This document shows, piece after piece, positions 59,450-64,000 of a DNA stretch of 64,000 nt. A program made the translations under genes and the position numbers. The stretch comes from an uncultured delta proteobacterium (GTDB taxonomy: Bacteria > Desulfobacterota > Binatia > UBA9968): NCBI GenBank assembly GCA_963816145.1, contig CAWFJP010000030.1, positions 128,001 to 192,000 on the forward strand. The letters run 5' to 3'. The notes below the pieces were generated by a model. That model saw only the letters and a list, made by a program, of their open reading frames with translations, ran no database searches and was not told the DNA's origin. Every line of letters begins with the position of its first letter. Position 1 is the stretch's first letter.

Positions 59450-62400
59450 TTACCCCACCGCCCTCTTCCGCACATCGTCGAGAATCAAAACCAGCTCGTC
59501 CACATCCTTCGACTCGAATACCCCGTCGACCCCGCGCGGACTGAAGTCGGTGTACGGTGAATCGTAGAGCAAGCGCGCATCCATCGAACCATGCTCGGTT
59601 AGGTGATCAATGATCAAGTTCAGGAATTCAATTTGATTCGCACCCAAGGTTCTCCCGGTGAGAAACCCACTCAGAGATTTCTTGGCGGCTTCACGGTCCA
59701 GGCCGATCAATGAACGGACAAACAAACCTAACCCCTCGCTGGTCTCCTTAGCTTTTTGCACATCCTCGACGTTGCCGATTCCGCTCTCCGAGAGCATGCG
59801 CTCCAACTCTGCCAAGTCAGTCGAAGTCAGCGGTTCATTCATGCGCAGCTTATAGACTGAGAGGTGATTTTCATTGGCTTTGAGAAACTGACGCGCCTTG
59901 GCGCGGAATCGTTCGAAATCGCTCGGAGTCGAGAGCCCTGGCAAGGTGAATTCTCTTTCGCTGCCCATCAAGTCTTCGAAGTCGGTATAGATCGGCTTGC
60001 GCTGCTTTTTCTCGATCAACTTCACCAGCGAACGGAGCCTGCGTCTGACATTTTCCAAAATTGGCACCGTGACGTTCTGCCACCAGTCGTCGGTCTGCAG
60101 GTCGAGAATCAGCGGCAACTCGGCCTGAATCATCGGAATGCTGGATTTATCCTGGAGCAGACCGGCAATGCCCTTTACCTGATCGCGCAGGCGGGCAAAC
60201 CAAGGCTCCTGGCGTAAGACCGCGAGCTGCAAATTGAGAATCAGCAAGTCGAAGCGCTTCGCCTCTTCGTCTTCGGCATCGAGCTCGGTCGGCAAGCCTG
60301 CCACTTCGTGCGACAGCTCAGTGTACGCAACGCCGTCTAGTTGACTCCACGCGATTGTCGAGGCGTATTTCTCGACCAGCCGCCGTTTGGGCCGGACGAC
60401 GAAGTTGTTCAGATTCATCGCTGCCACTTCCATGCGCAGCAATTCCGCCGTCGCGCGCCGCACCTCATCGTCTGAGGATCCGGCGCCGAAGGTCGCGCCG
60501 GCCTCACCGCTCTGCCCGCCACCATCCTGTGTTGGTTCAACCGACACCTTCTTGTCCAGCTCGCCAATCAACTCCAGCCGCGCGTTAAACAAGCGCTTGG
60601 CCAACGATCCACTGAGATTGCCCTCGGTGACCGGTAGCTGTTGGCTGAAGTATTCGAGGTTCTGGCAATAGTCGAAAACGTAAAAAAACTCTTTGTCCTT
60701 GCCCGGCCCGAACAAGTCGGGACACAACCGGGTTCCCCGCCCGAGCATCTGCCAGAACTTAGTCTTTGAACGCACCAGCTTGAAGAAAACCAGGTTGACC
60801 ACCTCGGGGATATCGATGCCGGTATCGAGCATATCCACGGAGATCGCGATAAGCGGCTCTTTGGCGAGGATGGAGAAATTATCGATCAGGTTTTGCGCAT
60901 ACTCGGTCTCGAAGTCGATGACCCGGGCGAACTCGCCTTTGTAGTGCGGGTAATTAAGATTGAACCGCTCAGCGATGAACTGCGCGTGATCGTGATTTTT
61001 GGCAAAGACGATGGTCTTGCCCAGGCGATCGCCGCCGGCGACTTTGAGGCCGCGCGTCATCAGATGTTCCAGCACCTTGTCGACGGTATCTTTGTTGAAC
61101 AGCCAGCGGTTGACCGCTTCGGCTTCGACCCGATTGGGGATGCTACCGTCGTCGTTCCAGTCGAGCGCATCCCACTCTTCTTTCTCTTCCTCGGAAAGTT
61201 GTTCGTAGGAGATCCCTTCGCGCTGGAATCGCAGCGGCACCGACACCGCTTTGGGCGGCACCAGGAAGCCGTCTCTAACCGCTTCGTCGAGCGTGTAGTT
61301 ATCGGTCGGCACGCCGCTTTCAAGGTTGAACAATCTGTAAGTATTGCGATCGACTTCGTCCTTCGGCGTCGCGGTGAGCCCGACCAACAAGGAATCGAAG
61401 TACTCGAAGATCGCGCCGTATTTTTGGTAGACTGAGCGGTGCGCCTCATCGATGATGACCAGATCGAAATGACCGACGCCGAAGCGCCGCTGGTCGTCAC
61501 GCGACTCCTCGATCAAACCCATCATCGTTGGATAAGTCGATACATAAACACGGCCCTCGGTATCCTTCTCCGTCACGAGATTCACCGGCGACGTATCCGG
61601 AAGAAAGTTCTTAAAAGCGTTCACCGCCTGGCGCACCAGCGCCACCCGGTCGGCGAGGAACAACACGCGCTTTGCCCAGTTGCAGCGCATCAACAGCTCG
61701 CACAGCGCGATTACGGTCCGGGTTTTGCCGGCGCCCGTGGCCATGGTCAGCAAAGCCTTGCGGTCTAGATCCCGTTCGAAGGCTTCACCGACGCGCCGGA
61801 TCGCCCGCGATTGGTAATAGCGCTCGACAATCGACTCGTCGATTTTAGCGTCGGCGAGGCTCTTGCGCGCTTCACGCCGTTGGATCAGCAACTCCAACTC
61901 AGGCTTCTTGTAAAAGCCTTGCACCGGCCGCGGCGGATAACTCAGCTCGTCCCACATCCAGTGGTCGTAACCGTTGGAGTAAAAGATTATCGGCCGTTGG
62001 CCGAACTGTTTCTCCAGGCAGTCCGCGTACAGCTTGGCTTGCTGTTGACCGACCCTTGAGTCGCGTTTGGTCCGTTTCGCCTCGACCAGGCCGAGCGGCT
62101 TGCCATCGTCGCCCCACAGGACGTAATCGACAAAGCCTTCGCCGGTATTGTTGGGCATGCCGGTGACGGGAAACTCCCGGTCTTGCGGATCGGCGAGCGC
62201 CCAGCCTGCTTCCTTCAGCAGCAGATCGATGAAGTAGTCGCGAGTTTCGGCTTCCGAATAGTCGTGATCGTCGGCCCGCGCGGCGTTTTGCTTTTTGGTC
62301 TCGGCGACTTCGATCCGCAATCTTTGCAGTTCGTCATCCAACGCCTTCTTGCCCGATAATAGTTGGGAGAGTTTTTCGTCGCGCTCGCGCAAGTCGCTCT

Positions 62401-62872
62401 CTAACTTCTGCAGTTGTTCGAGCGTCTGCGGCGAGGCGGCGCTGCTCTTCGGGAGCAAATCTGGGTTGAAGGAAAGATCGTCCGCCGGCTTCGCGCCACG
62501 CCCATAGCTGCGCGCCAGCCAGAACATGAAGTGAAACAGTTCCTTCGCCGCCGCTAACGCGTCGAGTTGGCGCACCGGCTTATGGCTGTGAACCGCGAGA
62601 TTACCGAGGTCTTTGACGACTTTGATTTTGGCGAAGATCGCCGGGCCGACGGCGTTGCGAAAGGACGGCGCGTGAATCAGCGCGCTGAGATGGTCTTGAT
62701 AGGGAAGTTTGAGAGCCGCGTCGTGTTTATAAAGCCACTGCACCGCCAGCTCCAACGCCCGGCGGGCATGGAAGCAAGAACTGCGCGAGTCCGGATAAAC
62801 CAGCGACTCCGCCTGCGCCGCCGGATCGAACAGTTCCGGCCATTCATCTTTAAGGAAGTCGAAAAAGCTCAC
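59450..62872 (-). CDS. hsdR: type I restriction endonuclease R subunit (EcoEI/EcoAI-like, N-terminal DUF4145)
   Basis: VDYVL...VEAKR nuclease motif, MATGAGKT, DEAHRS, GLTATP, QMLGRGTR, EcoEI_R_C-type tail. Confidence 0.95.
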   Translation of the reverse strand: MSFFDFLKDEWPELFDPAAQAESLVYPDSRSSCFHARRALELAVQWLYKHDAALKLPYQDHLSALIHAPSFRNAVGPAIFAKIKVVKDLGNLAVHSHKPVRQLDALAAAKELFHFMFWLARSYGRGAKPADDLSFNPDLLPKSSAASPQTLEQLQKLESDLRERDEKLSQLLSGKKALDDELQRLRIEVAETKKQNAARADDHDYSEAETRDYFIDLLLKEAGWALADPQDREFPVTGMPNNTGEGFVDYVLWGDDGKPLGLVEAKRTKRDSRVGQQQAKLYADCLEKQFGQRPIIFYSNGYDHWMWDELSYPPRPVQGFYKKPELELLIQRREARKSLADAKIDESIVERYYQSRAIRRVGEAFERDLDRKALLTMATGAGKTRTVIALCELLMRCNWAKRVLFLADRVALVRQAVNAFKNFLPDTSPVNLVTEKDTEGRVYVSTYPTMMGLIEESRDDQRRFGVGHFDLVIIDEAHRSVYQKYGAIFEYFDSLLVGLTATPKDEVDRNTYRLFNLESGVPTDNYTLDEAVRDGFLVPPKAVSVPLRFQREGISYEQLSEEEKEEWDALDWNDDGSIPNRVEAEAVNRWLFNKDTVDKVLEHLMTRGLKVAGGDRLGKTIVFAKNHDHAQFIAERFNLNYPHYKGEFARVIDFETEYAQNLIDNFSILAKEPLIAISVDMLDTGIDIPEVVNLVFFKLVRSKTKFWQMLGRGTRLCPDLFGPGKDKEFFYVFDYCQNLEYFSQQLPVTEGNLSGSLAKRLFNARLELIGELDKKVSVEPTQDGGGQSGEAGATFGAGSSDDEVRRATAELLRMEVAAMNLNNFVVRPKRRLVEKYASTIAWSQLDGVAYTELSHEVAGLPTELDAEDEEAKRFDLLILNLQLAVLRQEPWFARLRDQVKGIAGLLQDKSSIPMIQAELPLILDLQTDDWWQNVTVPILENVRRRLRSLVKLIEKKQRKPIYTDFEDLMGSEREFTLPGLSTPSDFERFRAKARQFLKANENHLSVYKLRMNEPLTSTDLAELERMLSESGIGNVEDVQKAKETSEGLGLFVRSLIGLDREAAKKSLSGFLTGRTLGANQIEFLNLIIDHLTEHGSMDARLLYDSPYTDFSPRGVDGVFESKDVDELVLILDDVRKRAVG

Positions 62873-62940
62873 GGGAAATCCACCGCCGGGCTATCGGCAA
62901 ATAGTTTCACATAAGGATCGTAGCGAAAGCGACCGCCTCG
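62869..62940 (-). pseudogene. C-terminal relic of a second Fic-family gene
   Basis: RGGRFRYDPYVKLFADSPAVDFP* resembles the R..RFRY.PY..LF end of Fic-wHTH proteins; its TGA overlaps the hsdR GTG. Confidence 0.5.
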
Positions 62941-63095
62941 GACATATGATTCAGCGACGAGTTCGGCCATATTATCGTTTGCATGCAGTATAGATCGCTA
63001 TTGGCTCCATATTATAGGCAGCGTGATATTTGGAAGTCACCTATATGATGGTCTCTTATTACCAAGCGGGCGCAATATGGCCAGCCTATAAGCCT

Positions 63096-63158
63096 GTCAT
63101 CCGGTCACGGATGACTGTAACAACATGTCACAGCTCCATGTCATAGCTTGTCACAGCT
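63096..63158. repeat. three TGTCAYAGCT direct repeats plus an 8-bp hairpin at the fic 3' end
   Basis: repeats at 63126, 63139, 63149; GTCATCCG-gtca-CGGATGAC at 63096-63115. Confidence 0.65.
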
Positions 63159-64000
63159 CCCCGAGTACATAGTGTCGGTTGGGATCGGTCGGTCCAGTTG
63201 CCACCTCCCGAAGCAGCCCTTTGTCGAGCATCGCTTTGAGGTCCCGTTGCAGAGTGCGGCGGTTGACCTCGGGAAAGTTGCTTTCCAGCTCGCTTAACGT
63301 CAACTTGCCGTAGGCGAGCAAGTGATCGAGCGCTCCGGTCTGCCGCGGATTGAGCCGATGCGCCCTGGCCACCACGTCAGTGCGTATCGCGATCTCGCCG
63401 CGCGCTTTCACTTCGTCCAGCTGTGTGGCCAGCCCGCCGACAAAAAACTCCAGCCAGCCGGTCAGATCCATGCCCTGCTCTCGGACACCCTGAATCGCCC
63501 GGTAGAAAGCGCTCCGGTCGCGGTCATAATACTCGCTGATCGTAAACAGCCGCTTGAAGTCGTAACCCGCCCGGTAAAGACACAGCGTCGACAGCAGCCG
63601 CGAAGTGCGCCCGTTGCCGTCGACAAAGGGATGAACATGCACCAGTTGAAACTGCGCGATACCTGACATCAGCACGGGATGGATTGCCGACTCTGCGCGC
63701 AGCCAACTCACGAGCTCCTGCATCAGCGGCGCCACCTCTTCGGGCGGTGGCGGCGTGTAAATGATTTCACGAGTTCGGCTGTTCGCGACGTAATTTTGTA
63801 TCTTGCGATACGCGCCGGGGCCGCCCTGCCCGCCTCGCACTCCCTCCACGAGCCGCTTGTGAATCTCGCGGATCAGCCCCTCAGTGATCGGCTCGCCGCT
63901 TTCAAGATACTCTGAGACTAGATTGAACGCTTCGCGATAGTTCAGCAACTCGCGCACGTCGTCGGGCTGCGCCTCGTCGACCTTCTTGCCGGCCCACAAC
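63151..64000 (-). CDS. Fic-family protein with C-terminal DeoR-like wHTH (5' end outside window)
   Basis: [12 protein letters not shown] catalytic motif; [13 protein letters not shown]. Confidence 0.93.
   Translation of the reverse strand, partial: LWAGKKVDEAQPDDVRELLNYREAFNLVSEYLESGEPITEGLIREIHKRLVEGVRGGQGGPGAYRKIQNYVANSRTREIIYTPPPPEEVAPLMQELVSWLRAESAIHPVLMSGIAQFQLVHVHPFVDGNGRTSRLLSTLCLYRAGYDFKRLFTISEYYDRDRSAFYRAIQGVREQGMDLTGWLEFFVGGLATQLDEVKARGEIAIRTDVVARAHRLNPRQTGALDHLLAYGKLTLSELESNFPEVNRRTLQRDLKAMLDKGLLREVATGPTDPNRHYVLGEL

Noticed and set aside
63126-63158. Pho box
   Set aside because: GTCAY repeats are spaced 13 and 10 nt, not the 11 nt expected for PhoB sites.
1-64000. CRISPR array, rRNA, intact tRNA, IS transposase
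   Set aside because: No regularly spaced repeats, rRNA-like blocks, full cloverleaf or transposase ORF were seen by eye.

Overview
Bacterial chromosomal window, moderately GC-rich. The gene families (amidohydrolase_2, many NtrC-type regulators, the LFQPD...LAVL.DA...FSFENIC hypothetical family) suggest a Candidatus Binatia-like deltaproteobacterial genome; this is inference. The left ~31 kb is a general-stress/osmoprotection region: BON/OsmY, YtxH-like and small membrane proteins, an Fe/Mn SOD, a GlrR-like sigma-54 activator, a diadenylate cyclase-YbbR fusion, a glgC-glgB-treZ-glgX-treY-glgE-treS/mak operon, a nucleotidyltransferase + metallophosphoesterase pair, an archaeal-type GAPDH homologue, and deleted remnants of mscS and opgGH. 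Many of these units carry sigma-54 -24/-12 promoters, and several share an upstream motif. At 31.5-37.3 kb lies the most unusual element, a four-gene operon: GT2 glycosyltransferase fused to a degenerate RepB DNA-primase-like domain, a degenerate HD protein, an FkbH-carrier-protein fusion and a GT4 glycosyltransferase. It is followed by decayed DNA and a 3' tRNA-Glu-like fragment (possible att site). The right part holds two MFS transporters, a PAS-HisKA-REC protein without an ATPase domain, a KimA/KUP-like APC-USP transporter, a sigma-54 two-component system, a second ManC-like nucleotidyltransferase, and the end of a type I restriction-modification locus (fic, hsdR). Several single-base frameshifts fall in short homopolymers and may be sequencing errors. 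No CRISPR array, rRNA or intact tRNA was seen. All calls are from motif recognition by eye; no searches were run.
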